Below are positions 35,995-50,210 of a DNA stretch of 64,000 nucleotides, in pieces. The first letter of the stretch is position 1, and every line of letters begins with the position of its first letter. The notes beneath the pieces are model-generated. The model did not search any database and was not told where the DNA came from. It saw only the letters and a program-made list of their open reading frames with translations. Both the position numbers and the translations under genes were made by a program. Source of the stretch: Antedon mediterranea (lineage: Eukaryota > Animalia > Echinodermata); the NCBI RefSeq assembly GCF_964355755.1, contig NC_092680.1, forward strand, positions 6,138,001 through 6,202,000, read 5' to 3'.

Positions 35995-38038
35995 TATCGT
36001 TGGCGCCAATGACAATAGGAAATGATCTTAGTTCGTATAGTTTGTTAGCACACCGCCGCCGCCGATGGAACTGTACACACTTCTGAGACAAGTGTTTCCT
36101 CTATCTTGTATAGACGCAGATCCTATCGTTAGCTTTAAGTCACGTGCACTAAGAATAAAGAAAACAATAACAATCGATTATTACACGGTAAATGCCACAT
36201 GCTGAAATCAATCAGTGCCGCTTAGTAAAGGTCTGGTTTGAGCTAAAAGGCTACCAATCATAATACTAGTAATATACACAACAAACAAGCTAGTGTCACT
36301 ATAAACATAATTGGCCACCGTTTCTTAGCAACAGCAGAAATCGAACAGATAATCTTACTGATTATTTAAATTGCCAAGAAAAACAATTTATCTGAAAATA
36401 AGAAAATTACAATTTTATTTAAAGGTATTCATTACGTATATTAATCGTAATAATGCATATTCGTATTATCATAAACTGTATCATAATAGTCATAATTGTG
36501 AAATATACAGAAATTATGTTTATTCAGAAATTGAAGAAATCAGCAACTTGATACGTTGTTCTTTGTCAGGACAAATCATAGGAAAAACCTACTTTTCCCA
36601 CAATATCATAATGGAAATTTATTTTCCATTTTCTACTAGAAATTAGAATTTTTTGTTAAGTTTGTTAATTCTTTTATTAAATCTTTGTTAACAATTGAAC
36701 AAAAAAAGAATCAAGAAAACGACATAGTTTTCATTATTATACTCTAGATGTGCTTAAATCATCATGTACTGTCAAACACTCTCTCAATATTGGAGCCATG
36801 GGCAAATTAAAATGATTGTCGGCAGAAATGGAAATAGCAATAACAGAGAAAAGCAACAAGTACGAGCGGGAAGATTTTTGAATGATTGATCGTTTTTGAT
36901 TGACTGAATTCAAAAATGTTTCAACACCTGAAGTGTACCAGTAGAATAATTATGTATGTTATAAGTGCATTTATCTTCAAGCATTGAGAATAAAATAATT
37001 TATATTTTTAAATCTTTCTTTAAAGATTCTTCAAAATGGTAATTCAATATTCCAACAAATTATGTTCTATTTTTCAATGTTTTAAAAGGTAGAGCTGTTT
37101 ATTTTTATTATAGAATGAAAACAAATGTGTACACTTAATAGTAAACGGTTTTTGGTAAATGACGACGAAAACATGGAACAGGAAAAAGTGAAATTAAGAA
37201 AATTTGGAAATATCCGATGACTTTATTTCCTTTTTTAAATTCGACCTGTAAGTAATGCTATGTTGAGTAGTGATCAGAGGTGGGAGTCGAATCGTAATGA
37301 CTTTTTGTTGGAGTTAAGATATTGAGATGGTTAGGTTCACGTTTGAAATTGATTCTTTCCATTGATTTATGGAAATATAATATCGCGTGCTTGATTAATG
37401 ATGCTCGTTCGTCCTTACATACCAGAAAACAAGTGGAGTTATTATCAATTTAAAACAAATTAGAAACTGTTGACAAACGTAAGGCAATTATTATTAAAAT
37501 ACTTAATAAAATAATACTGTTTATACGAAATATGTACATTGCAGCTAAAATAATTATTATTTCACTTTTCACTATTAATCCTGTAGAAAAGATTGACGTT
37601 ATGAATTATCGATTGAAACTACAGTAGTATTCACAAACAAAAACAATGAATCAGTAGACCTTCAAAAAGTGTAATTAAGAACAGAATAACATAATTAGTC
37701 GGTTATAGACTTTATCTATTATTATCGTTCCAAAATTAATTGAATTGAAAAATATCGGCAATTAAGAAAGCATTATGAGCGTTCTTCCTCAAGTCAGAAA
37801 TGATTATGTATTTTACCGTAAAAATCGAGATATAATAAATCTAAACCCTTAATAATCTCAAGCTCTCAAAATTATAAAAAAAAACCACAGAAGTCAGTAT
37901 TTATGGAGCGCTAAATAATACAATAGAATAGAATAGGCTGTAATGTAGCATTAAAAAGACAAGGGAAAAAATAAGGAAAAGTTACCCACGTGCATATTCA
38001 TTAAAAATGTAATTATAGGATAGATAAGATTGTCTTTA

Positions 38039-38399
38039 AGCTTGATTCCCACTAGAACGTAACGCAAGGACGTAAACGCAACGCAAGCGTTTTAAAGCAT
38101 GGTTCCCACTAGCGACGCAACGCAAGGCCGTAACGCAACGCAAGTGAATTGACCAATCACAAGCGATGGCTTATTCGCTTGTGATTGCTAACTGTCTATA
38201 ACTTCGCTTGTCATTGGTTAAAACGCTTGCGTTGCGTTTACGTCCTTGCGTTACGTTCTAGTGGGAACCAAGCTTAACCAATGAAAAGCGACGTTATAGA
38301 CAGTTAGCAATCAAAAGCGAATAAGCCATCGCTTGTGATTGGTTAATTCACTTGCGTTGCGTTACGTCCTTGTGTTGCGTCGCTAGTGGGAACCACGCT
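38039..38399. mobile_element. 179-bp PIF/Harbinger-type MITE (outer copy, TTA target duplication) interrupted by an inverted copy of itself
   Basis: TIRs agcttgattcccactag / ctagtgggaaccacgct with TTA at 38036-38038 and 38400-38402. Removing the inner copy and one TAA restores a 179-bp element that is the reverse complement of the inner one. Confidence 0.92.
38096..38274. mobile_element. 179-bp MITE (inner copy, TAA target duplication)
   Basis: TIRs agcatggttcccactag / ctagtgggaaccaagct with TAA at 38093-38095 and 38275-38277. Confidence 0.92.
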
Positions 38400-39290
38400 T
38401 TAGAAATAAGAAGCAATTATATTTCATAAGGTAATTATCTCGGTGTATTGGTAGTAGTCACTCTCATACTGTACATTTAAAAGTAACACATCCAAATGCC
38501 AACTTTAAGTCAATGGCTACCAGATGTCTCTGTGAGACGGTTATTTGAACCAGTACCAGTACCCAGTACCAGTATTATGATGTTTCTCAAATACTATCAC
38601 TGGGATATGTCGACAATTTGTGTCGAAAATGGTATAAAGTTTTGGCAAGTTAAAACCACAAGTTCAATCAGTCTGGTTTAGGATTTGAATGTTTCACATT
38701 TTGTTTTAATAAATTTATATAAAGGACTATTAAATGACAATATATTAAAGAAAACATAACGATTAATGATTGTAACAACTGTGCATCACGTGATCTTGTA
38801 TTACTGATGATTTCGGTCGGTCGGTTGCATATACCGAAATAATGACCTGTTAATCGGCGTTTTATAATATAAATAAATCTGACTGAATGATTGATTGAAT
38901 TAATGAACATGTACAGAGGTCCGTAATGGTTATAATTGTGTGGTGGTTATACATGTTGACCTTCGTATGCATAATTGGCAAAACGCACTTTTTTTACACA
39001 AAAAGGTTATATATTTGTATCTAAGAAGATTTCCCAGTGAGAGTTATCTCATTTAAAAAAAATTTATTATTATAACTCTAATTGAATGTTTCCTAGGGGA
39101 GTTTCATTAGCATTCATCAATAATAATGCAATGTGTCTAGAGAATAAATGATACTCTACATTTTACATTATAAATACATATTCAGTACAATAGTGTGAAA
39201 TAATCCATTACATATCAGATGAAAATGAGGCATTGGTTATAATAAGTTATTAAGCCTCGTAATTGGTCTGGTTGTCAGTCGCTAATGTAA

Positions 39291-39880
39291 AGTAAAAAAG
39301 TAAGAAAGAGTAAGATCACAAGGGCAGAAAGAGTAAGTTCACAAGAGAAGAAAGAGTATGATCTAAAGGGAAGAAAGAGTAGGATCACAAGGGAAGAAAG
39401 AGTACGATCACTAAAACGTATGGCTTAAGCACCTTCACTTCTGCTGCCTCTCGCCTATGGAATGACCTACCCGCCTCTATTAGATCATGTTCGTCTACTC
39501 TCGCCTTTAAATCTGCCTTGAAAACCCATCTTTTTCTTTCAAATTGAGCTCTCTCATACACCGCGCCTTTAATTACTTACTGCTGGAATTGGCGCGTTAC
39601 AAATTCGTACTATTATTATTATTATTATTATTATTATTAAGGAAAGAAAGAGTATGATCACAAGGAAAGAAAGAGTAAAATCACAGGGGAAGAAAGAGTA
39701 CGATCACAGGGAAAGTAAGAGTAAGATCACAGTGGAAGAAAGAGTAAGATCACAAGGGAAGAAAGAATATGATCACAGGGGAAGAAAGAGTAAGATCACA
39801 AGGAAAGAAAGAGTATGATCACAAGGAAAGAAAGAGTATGATCACAAGGGAAGAAAAAGTAAGATCACAGGGCAAGAACA
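39291..39880. repeat. ~21-23-bp purine-rich minisatellite (aagggaagaaagagtaagatcac)n interrupted by a LINE fragment
   Basis: About 5 units lie before 39410 and about 10 after 39638. Confidence 0.9.
39410..39638 (+). mobile_element. 5'-truncated CR1/L2-superfamily LINE 3' end with a (TAT)n tail
   Basis: Translates as KTYGLSTFTSAASRLWNDLPASIRSCSSTLAFKSALKTHLFLSN* (stop 39545-39547), the conserved WN.LP...FK..LKT.LF ORF2 C-terminus. A short 3' UTR with a cgcgcc/ggcgcg stem follows, then (TAT)n. Confidence 0.85.
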
Positions 39881-41174
39881 CGAAGATTATTTTAAAATGC
39901 GAAGAATGAGACGATTAAACTTTATACAAGGGCTACTAGAGTGAGAAGAAGTACAGTATACAGGGAAGATATATTTGATACTGCATTTCAACAAATTATG
40001 GATACAGTACCTAGAAAATAATATAATAAATAAGTTGTACAGACAAAAACTACAACCACGTAAAAGACTAGTCGATTGAGCTAAAGCTTTACAATAATCC
40101 ACATCCCAAGGTATCGATCAAACATAAGCTTTACATTTGTTACTTTACTTGTATAACAATGTGTGGACGCAATCGTATTTAACACTACAGACTATGCTTC
40201 ATTAAAGAAGTGCATGAATGAACTTGGCCATTAATGTGTTGCTACGAGCTCCTTAATCAATCTCGTGTTAAATCATAATGACAGAGTGAAACATTATACA
40301 GCTTATCAGGATCAAGAAGGACTCAATAATGAACGCACGGATAAGCTTCATTGCCCGGTCACCACGTTGCCATATTACTTACAAAAATGTTTGTACTTAA
40401 TTAACTAATACCAACAGACACACAGAATGATGATGATAATCGAAATGGTTAAAATACGAATAGGTAATTTCTATTTAAAAATTCAAAAAACAGCCGGCCT
40501 CAGATTACCCGCAAGAATTCAATTTCATAAATTTATTTAAATTATAAAACGTTACTACCTATTTGCTGACACACAACTGACTCGTTAAGGTTGATGTCCA
40601 ATATAGTATGCGAATATATAACGTTTACCGTTTCCCGTTGGGCGCATAACTATAGATCTTTGATTTAAATATTCCTCCTGGTTACAGCAACTATGACGTT
40701 TGTTTCTTTTCATTTATATACAAACTGTATTATATTTAAATATTTTATAGATTGCAGTAGTATATACATATTACCACGCATGGTAATACCCCGGTATTAA
40801 ACTGTTATAGTTGCGTTTATGAAGAGGTGGTACAATGTGCACCTAAAATGTACGTAGTGACGCTTTCAGTTGTGTCGAGCATGCGTACTTTCAAGAATTA
40901 CTTTAGCCCCATATTGCGGGTGTTACATCAGTTAGATATCATTGCAATTGGTTGCATACCAAAGCAGTTCTGGTTTAATTGTAGGAATGTCTGCATTAAT
41001 ACAATGCTTTCATGTGGGGCAACTTAACGTTTTTTCATTCTTGCAGATTACCACAATAATACGTATATCAACAGCTTATTGTTGGGATTGGTTTCTTCAT
41101 TTAGGCTTACATTTAATTTTGTTGATAGTTGGAAATTTATGGAGAATACAATCAATGAACTTGTTCCAAATAAG

Positions 41175-41990
41175 AAATACCAAAGAACTAAGAACTGGAA
41201 GGAGGAGAGGAATGTGGAAAACTAAATGTACAACTACAAAAGAACTTAAAGGAGGAGAGATTAAAAAAAACTAAATTTTCAACTACAAAAAGCTAAGAAC
41301 TTAAAAGAGGAGTTATTGTAGAGAACTAAATTTTCCACTACCAAAAAAACTAAGAACTTAAAATAAGAGAGATTTTAGAAAACTAAATTTCCCACCAAAA
41401 AAACTAAAAATTAAACGAGGAGAGATCTTAGAAAATTTATTTTTCAAATACCAAAGTACTAAGTACTTAGGAGGAGAGAATGTGGAAAACTAAATGTACA
41501 ACTACCAAAGAACTAAGAACTTAAAGGAAAATATACTTTAGAAAACTAATTTCCAACTACCAAAGAACTAAGACCTTAAATGGAAGACAGTGTAGAAAAC
41601 TAGATTACTAAGAACTTACGGAGAAGATATTTTCTAAATGTCCAACTACCAAAAACTAAGAACTTATGAGAGAATGTGGAAAACTAAATGTCCAATTACA
41701 GAAGAACTATGAACTTAAAGGAGGAGAGAGTGTGCAAAACTAAAATGTCCAACTACCAAAAGAACTTTTAAAATACCAACTAAACTAACTAACTAACTAC
41801 AACTAATAACTTAAAGGAGGAGAGAATATGGAAAAGTAAATTAAATATCCAACTACTTAAAAAAAAGAACTTAAAGGAACTATTGTAAGAATTAAAAAAA
41901 AAGTTGAGACTACCAATGAAGTGAGAACTTGAAGGAAGAAAGAGTGTAGAAAAAAAACTAACAACTTAGAAGGAGTGTAGAAAACATAAT
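41175..41990. repeat. Diverged ~55-bp A-rich minisatellite
   Basis: Recurring caactaccaaagaactaagaacttaaaggaggagagaatgtggaaaactaaatgt units with many indels. Confidence 0.85.
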
Positions 41991-42035
41991 AGAACAGCAG
42001 AATAGTTGAACTTCTCCAATAATTTATTATCACGC

Positions 42036-42066
<31 letters not shown>

Positions 42067-42765
42067 ATAAGAATACACAATTAAGGAAAATTACTGGGTA
42101 AACAGGCATGTTTACGCCCTCATTATTGTAGGCCTATTAATTCAATGGCCTGAAGCTCAACAGTGATAATTATTATAATAGGTTTTTAGATAAGTTGATA
42201 CACTGGGGGTCAAGTATATAATATTTTTACGACCATATCAAAATACCTTTGTCCTTGAAAAATTTTCTAATTTATTGTTCAATTCAACAATGTAAAAAGT
42301 GTAATTACAATGTCAATAGGTATTAAAAAATGATAGAAATTGTATACAACAACTGACGTAATGTAAGACAGTTTTATTGCAAAAACGTGAGCATTTCTTA
42401 CATGTTGGTATTCATTTATGAAAGTGGTGCAACTATGGGAACTTTCAACCAACCCTAAGCTTTATAAGAAAGCCATTGATCTAATAAATTAATGAAATTC
42501 TAAAACCCGAAAAACTTTGCTCTACGAACATACCATATTTCTCCAATTCCTTACTTTTGAATATAGAGTTTCATGCAACTACACTAACTCCATGTAATGG
42601 GTAAACATAGTACTGTATTTTTAAAAGAAGACATCATTTGCCATTATGAATATGTCTAAAAAACTAGGTACATTTATCTCATCCTTAACATGGACAAACA
42701 TGTTGTATTATATTATATGTTCATTATCGGATGTATATTTATTATATTACTCTGTATTTAAAATA

Positions 42766-44323
42766 CTAGATGGCACGCTCGCTTCGCTCGCGTACCATCT
42801 AGGTCGTGCCCACAGATGGTTCTCGAATACACAGTATTTCCAGCGAGAAAAAAATGGAGATTTCAAGTGTACGTACCGCAGGACTATAATACATTGTCGT
42901 TTACAGAAACGAATAAATATACACAATGATTTATGTAGTCAACCAAAATTAGCACCCTGGGAATTACTTCCGAGAGAGAAACAAAATGAGTCAAATTTTT
43001 TTATTTGGACTCATTTAAACAAACCCAATTTGTGTTTTGTATGTAACATTAAGGGTTGAGGGATGGGGGAAGAAGATAGGTACAAAGAGGAAACATTTTA
43101 AAATATATTCTTATCCACTCAGTAATGAAATATTGTTTTTAATGTGTTATAGGCCTATAAATAATATACCACTAAATACAGTAAAACATTTACGATTTGA
43201 TACGGTATTTTGTTAAAACTCTCACTGTCATAGTCGATTGAAATAGTAAAGTACATGTAACGATACACCACTACGACGTTTATATATTTTTAAATTATTA
43301 ATTAATACAAACGTTGAGAAGCAACTGTCAGTAATAACGTTTATTTATTTGTATATTATATGTTTATAATCTAACAGTAGGGCCTACCCACACTCACAGT
43401 AATAAAGTTTATTTGTATATATTTTTATATTACATCTAACAGTACCAACACTCACAGTAAGAAATTTGCGATTCAAATTGCCATCAAAAGTGGTTAATAC
43501 CTTAACAGTATTGTACAGCATTGCAATACTATTTATGTTTATTCTCCAAGGGGGCCCATAAATCTAAATCTATACCTCTATGGTTAAACCAAATAATTTG
43601 GAATGTTTATTTGTATATTATATGTTTATAATCTAACAGTAGGGCCTACCCACACTCACAGTAATAAAGTTTATTTGTATATATTTTTATATTACATCTA
43701 ACAGTACCAACACTCACAGTAAGAAATTTGCGATTCAAATTGCGATCAAAAGTGGTTAATACCTTAACAGTATTGTACAGCATTGCAATACTATTTTTGT
43801 TTATTCTCCAAGGGGGCCCATAAATCTAAATCTATACCTCTATGGTTAAACCAAATAATTTGGAATGTTCCATTCATCACAAATCAATACATTTGTAAAA
43901 ACGTATATTAAATGTATCAAAATAGTATTTTTTAAAGAAAATCGGCCTGTCTTCAACATTATGATGGTGTACTCTAGCTGTTCAACCGGTTTTCAGCTAT
44001 TAAAAACAATTATCGTAGGAGGAGATAGGAAAATGCGAAGCCTCCTCGCATTTTTGTGGCGGGTATTTTTCAAGACGGACATCCATTATACAGTGTATAC
44101 CACGGTCGGAAAACACCCCTATTTGGGGCAAATCTTGGAACCTAAATTCGTTTTAACCGTCAATAACTTATTATCTAACTTAATTTAATTAGTAAACAGG
44201 GTTACATCAGGTGGTTAAAATCAGTACCGAAAGTACGAACCAACTTTATATACCATCGAGTAAAAATTCTAGAAGTAAGGCGCGATTTACCGAATTTTGC
44301 CCTTACGTAAATTTATATATAGA
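42766..44323 (-). mobile_element. Complete non-autonomous Helitron (1558 bp) with an internal 262-bp tandem duplication
   Basis: The minus strand starts TCTATATATAAATTTACG and ends with a GC-rich hairpin (gtacgcgagcgaagcgagcgtgc) plus CTAG. It is inserted between A and T with no TSD. The boundary is confirmed by a second copy ending at 63091. Internal duplication: 43344-43605 / 43606-43867. Confidence 0.88.
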
Positions 44324-47300
44324 TGTACGATATACAAAAATTAAGAAAAATAATACGCTCACCTTAAATTAACAGTGATTTCGAACTAGTATAACTAGCT
44401 GTGTTCATAACGAAACTACCATTATTATGAACAGTGTGCTGATAAACATGCTGACTGGAAAATATGTATCATGGTAGTTTAGGTCAGTGGAAAGCTGGAC
44501 AGAAAATGAAGTTCACTACAGTAGGCTAATATAGCTCCTCTTATTATAGATTATAGTATTTGTACATAACAGATCGCTTAAAATGATACAATCACAATGC
44601 AATCATATTAAGCAAATTTCATGAAATCCAAAGTCCAAACATTATTATTCAGGTTTATTTAAACAAAGAAACAAAATCTTACGCTTGTATTCTTGTTTAT
44701 CGATTAAATTAGTTATTAAATTTTATTTTTTAAATGAAATATCTGAAACATTTATTTTTTTTAATGATTAGTATTTATATATCTAACATTAGGCAAATGA
44801 TATGTCATGCAGTTGTTTAATTTTCTTTTTTTTTCTGTTTAGGTCCCTGAAACAGCTTCTATTATTGTTCCATTTAACATATTGTAAATATAGACTTTTT
44901 TTTTCTTGGACTGTTTTAAATAAATGTGAATGAAATTATTTATAATAGAATATTTCATAAAATGGAAATTTGATTTTATATGTTGCCTACCAAAACACTG
45001 TCTAGTAGAAAATTGAACAATATTTGACCTAAATTTACAGTACTGTTTATTAATTTCAATTTTATCAGCAATAATCAATATCTTATTGATCGGTCCCTAC
45101 GGAGAAACCCCATGTGTTGTGAATTAAATGACGTCACTACTACCATGAGACACTGTTATTGTTATATTATATCACCTATATGAAACAAATAATACTATTA
45201 ATTATTTACTCATATTTTGTTTTTTCCATGGAGGTATTCGAGCCCTACTGTAATACTGTCTAACTTTATTCACACATGTTGATATTAAACATAATTTGAA
45301 TTATTATTTGTTTTTGGAAAAAATTTAAAAAAACTAAATTAGTGAATGAAATAATGTTTCGCAGACTCGGTATGGAAACAGACGGCGAACGTTTACAAAT
45401 TGTATTGATTATTGGTTATGGGGCGTCACCACAATGCAAGTAATCACGCCGCGATGGATTATCCGAAATGTCGCGTTGCGTCCACCAAGTGACAATCAAG
45501 CTAATAGAGCATAATAATTCCACTAGCACGATTATTCATCTTTACGTTATGCTATAATCGTTGCTCTGTATTTTCTTAATTATCTTTTAAATTAAAAAAA
45601 AAATGGTATGTTGGTCGTGCCGTGATACTGCTATCACGTATATTGATTCTTATGTATTATGTTAGACTGGTAGTATATCGTTTGTAAATAGCTTCCTTAT
45701 CCGTTATGTATCATGTTTGTTTGATTAATAGATATTTTCCAGCTTGGGAGGAAGAATCAACATTAATTAAGTCCAGTAGTTTACTGTAATTGAAGTACTG
45801 ATGATGTGTGTATTCGTCGGTTTGTTCAGCTTGCATTTCCCACGTCCTTAATCGAATCAATGATTTATTTTTCTAGCCGGCGGATAGATTTGATTTGAGA
45901 GTTTACTTTATGGTTCTTTATTATAGTATCTCGGATATTCAGCTGTTGCACCTCATACCAACTGCATCTTAAATTTCATTATTATCGAATAATTACCATA
46001 TGTATGGGGAGCCAATCAATACAATTTTAATTGCAGTATATATTTGATTGTTCAGTAATTACGTTTCAATTCGAATAGAAAACTTTATAAAAAGTTAAGT
46101 GAACAAGCAACAGTAATGAACACATCACGCTATGGTGACCATAAATTGGTAGTGCGATATGTAATTATCCGTAATTATTGTCAATTTCGTAAGCTTATCT
46201 AGGCTTACCATTTTCATTGTACTTTCTCTGTAAACTTGAGATATATGTAACAAAAATCGAGCTGGAAAAAGGAAAATCGATTACAATCATTTCACAATTT
46301 GGATGGAATGATTGCAATTCCTGATATTGACACATATAATATAGGATTGATGGCTTTAGGAGATAAAATTAATTACTCAATGTCATTCTGAAAGGTGCTC
46401 AATATGATATTATAATCACTCATCATCACTCAATATATATGAATAAATGCATTCTTTGCTAATAAAGTATGCACCTACAGGCATTGGATTAATATTGACA
46501 AACTGGGGACAACTTGGTATTTGTCTGGGATGAATCATTAAAAACACACTTCAGTAACATTTCCGCTTAGTTTAAAATTTAAAAATTTAGACAATAAATA
46601 AGGTTATACTGACATGCTTGTTTATGTGTAGTTAGAGGACAATTATATTATGCGTGTTTGCACTTTGACACAGTAACCGCCCACCCCCTCCCCCGGGTTA
46701 GAAATTGTCCTGTTACTTAAGTCCACAAGTATTGTCAATAATTGTCTAATTATGTAGTGTTCCCCTTCATAAAAACAACTCAATTTGAAGAAAATATTTC
46801 GTATTTATTTTACGGGCCTATCCGTCGACACTCTTGATAAATGTTTGTTTTGCATTCTTGAAATTGATATAATCTTTTTTTCAATGAAAGAGTCAATTTT
46901 TCATTTCTATAAACATTAATTTTTGTGTATACTAATGCAGCACGAGAAGACGTCATATTTATGATTGACATAGATTGTTCCGTTTTCACCGATAACGAAG
47001 GACATAACCGCCTCAGCCATGTACAAAGAGTATACATAACGATGATTTAAATAAGTTATAGAAGAGCCAAGTGCCAATTGAAATGACTGGGACATGGGAT
47101 GATTACTGATGCAATCTATTAAGGGCCTTGAGTAGTCACATTGAGTAGGTATGAAATAATTATTACTTACTGAATGTATTTTCTGTATCTTGCTTTCCTA
47201 TAATTTGACTTTTTGCTCTCATTATTCAATTTAATAGCCATATTCTGAGTATTTATATAATAATAAACATTCATTTCAATTCGTGCCTAAATTGTTGATG

Positions 47301-49899
47301 CATAGAACATTTTAAAGCATTGGTTAATGATGATACATTCGTCTCATCAACTTCTTCTAGGATTAGTGGAGTTTAAACCCTACAGATTGTGAAGATGTTA
47401 TGAAATGCCAGAAGGTACTACTTCAAGCGCAATAAAAGTCTCCACAGCAGTTATTATCAATTATGAGAGGTTAAAAATGTTTTAGAACATAAGTTGAAAC
47501 TAGGTCAGATGCTATGCCAACAAAAAAATTGCGGGGTTGTTTCAAGCGACAGTAAAATGCCAACGTAGGCCATCGTCACTGGGGGTGGAGGAATGGAGTA
47601 TACACTAAGTGGCAGCAACATGTCCAAACCCGTTTAAAAACCAATTTGCCAAATGATTAGAGGCGATACACACAAACTGGACAAACAGTAACTTCATAAT
47701 TAAAAATTAAAAAGATTGGCGCAATCTTCAGGTTCATATTTTGCAACCAAAAGTTTTCAATGTATGATTGAATAATGAAAGGTAGTGCAATTCACAACTT
47801 AAAAACCTCAATCAATCAATCGATCAATCAATATTTCCATTTGTATAAGAGCTATGTCTGTTTTTAAAATTTAACAAACAGTTTTCAATTTATACAGTAG
47901 GCAGTGAAATTTTTGGAAACTCAATCAATCAATCAATCAATCAATCGTTCCGTGTGTATATATTCCAACGTATATTGATCATGCCGCTTTGAAAACGAAT
48001 AGAACAACTGAATATTAAGTATTGATTTTTGATAATGATGGTTATCAAGAAAACATGTTTTTATCAACATGTTTTTATCAAATTTTTTTCTTAAATCAAT
48101 TATTCAAAAATTAATCAATAACATATATGCGCAATTACATAAATACCCAGAGTGATGGACCCGAATACTCATGATTGTTTTTCAAAGCGCACTTGCGTAT
48201 TGGCAAAGTTGATTTAGTTTGAACTAAACGTATCGGTTGCTATCTAAATACATGTTAGTGTGTATTTTCTAGAGCACCACTTCTTTAACCACTTTGGAAT
48301 TTGATAACTCAATATTGAGAAGCTTTTTGGTATTAACGAGATTTTCATTAAGCCACTAAAGCACACGTGGATCATCCTTTTGTAGTCATTTACTATTATA
48401 AGCGTTCACTTTCTACGCATACTGGATTTTAAACACATCTTCCAGGGATGTGACTAAATCCATAGCATGTAAATACCGTTCATAAGGATTTAGAACCAAA
48501 GTCAGTCGCACTGACGAGGGACGTCTAATTTACCTTGTAGTACAAGTGCATTTCAGATGAGATTAATTGTTATGCAATCCATTACAAGCAGTGAGGATTT
48601 CATCAAGAGGTAAACGCATGAGAATAACCTCTACATCAACGTTTCGTTTGAACTAGACAGGTTAGATGAGGGTGAGATTTGATTTATCTAATTTTGCCAG
48701 CATTTCTCCATCTTTATCTCCACGAGATTACACTGAACATTTTCCCGGAGCAGTGTTAGTTGGTACAGCTTAAAAATTGTAGTTGTTTTAGGTCTACGTT
48801 GTGTGCCGGGCCGTACGTAAGCAATTTCAAGACAATATAACGATAAGATTTATTTTAGACATCATCTATGAATTATTCTACATGCAATTCTGTTTTCCAT
48901 GTATTTTTTTAGAACTCCATGTCATTGTAGTTAAATGCTATAGTCTGCAATATAGTGTTACTAGCCAGTGGTTTTGGCTATCTGCACGGTAAACCGTGTT
49001 TGTAATTTAAAATGTTCTATCGACACGAGCGACTGTGCACCTAGTTTTCGTTCACTGTGCCGATAGGCAGCACGGGAGGCAGCATAATTAAATCGTTCGT
49101 TTCACCGTACTAAATGTACACCGATAGCAGATTGTACCTATAGAAACTTTAAATTACACGCCCAGCTATACATGTTTTGTTTAGGTAATTTTAGAAACAA
49201 TTTGGTAAAGTAAGAATGATGAAATAACGTAGGCCTATACAGTATAAAAAATAATACAGTGTGCAGTTTGTATTCTTGTACGAGGCATTTTGTTTAACGT
49301 AATCCTTTACACATTGACTGTAAGTATTTCGCATAGGTCATGATTTGTTTACCTTTAAAATGGATAAACAAAACGGGACAAATAATGATTTAACAGATCT
49401 AGAATTCTATCCAAATATAACACATACCGGTTAAAAGCGTAGTTATACAGTAGGCCTATTACAAACAATGTAAGTTATTGAAGGAAGAACAATCATGTGT
49501 TAATCTGGGCCTCCGTGGTTAAATAAAGTTGAATTTAATTAAAATGTGACTAACGACTATTGCTTCCAGAGTTTTTAACTGTATATTTGCGGAGGCCTAA
49601 TTTATGCTTAAATAACAACTAACTTATTCATAAGATTCATTTTCAGCATTGAATCAAGCACACGTTATGGACAAGCCGTCTACACTTCGTTCCAATCGCA
49701 ATATATAATAAATTACTAATCTACTAATAACAATGCACATGAAAGATCATATCGTAGATAGTATAGATCATCTTTAAATACAAGTCATTTTCTAAAATAA
49801 TTTATTTAAAACTAAGAATGAAGAAATAACTACTGTATAGTCTAAATAGTATAAAACATATGATTGAAAATGTCTATCTGGTTTGTAGTAATAAGTTAT

Positions 49900-50210
49900 T
49901 GATTGAAATATATATTTATACTGGGTAACCTCTTCAGTCAAAGACTGGTCTCCCAGAGGGCGCAGTTGGTGATCAGTGGCTGTGATGTACTACTACACCG
50001 GGGTAACCCCCTACTCGTCTCGAAAGATGTACTAGGTTCTTTAAAGTGCACACGAGCAAGTGGTGTACACTGGACCTACGGTTTATAGTCCTTATCCGAG
50101 AAGACTCGTTCTACCACTAGAACCATGGAGTGAGTGAGCCTCGAACCCCTGCCGATGTTATGGCTACGTGATTACGGTTCCACTGTCTTAACCGCTCGGC
50201 CACTCACCCA
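49900..50210 (-). mobile_element. tRNA-derived SINE with intact Pol III boxes and a Deu-domain-like core
   Basis: Minus strand: A box tggccgagcgg, B box ggttcgagg, core ggataaggactataaaccgtaggtcc...gcactttaaagaacctagtacatctttcgagacgagtagggggttaccccggtgt and an AT-rich tail. A second copy lies at 3680-3988. Confidence 0.85.

Noticed and set aside
35995-36015. ORF-track start of the GPCR at 36015 (MSLAPT...)
   Set aside because: That codon is TTG. The first in-frame ATG after the upstream stop is at 35994, in a good context (ataATGG).
38803-38850. Hammerhead-ribozyme-like ctgatga...gaaa
   Set aside because: The bases closing stem II (t and c) do not pair and I could not build stems I and III. 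The ctgatga words in the 30.2-30.9 kb repeat likewise lack a following GAAA core.
42646-44188. ORFs 42646-43059 and 43865-44188 (and 62979-63176) as Helitron or captured genes
   Set aside because: No Rep/helicase motifs, they cross element boundaries, and the frames are not preserved between the two Helitron copies.
48230-48700. Possible decayed Penelope-like reverse transcriptase on the minus strand (DVEVILMRLPLDEI resembles DVxSLFTxVPLDE)
   Set aside because: Only one weak motif among many stops; not supportable without a translated search.
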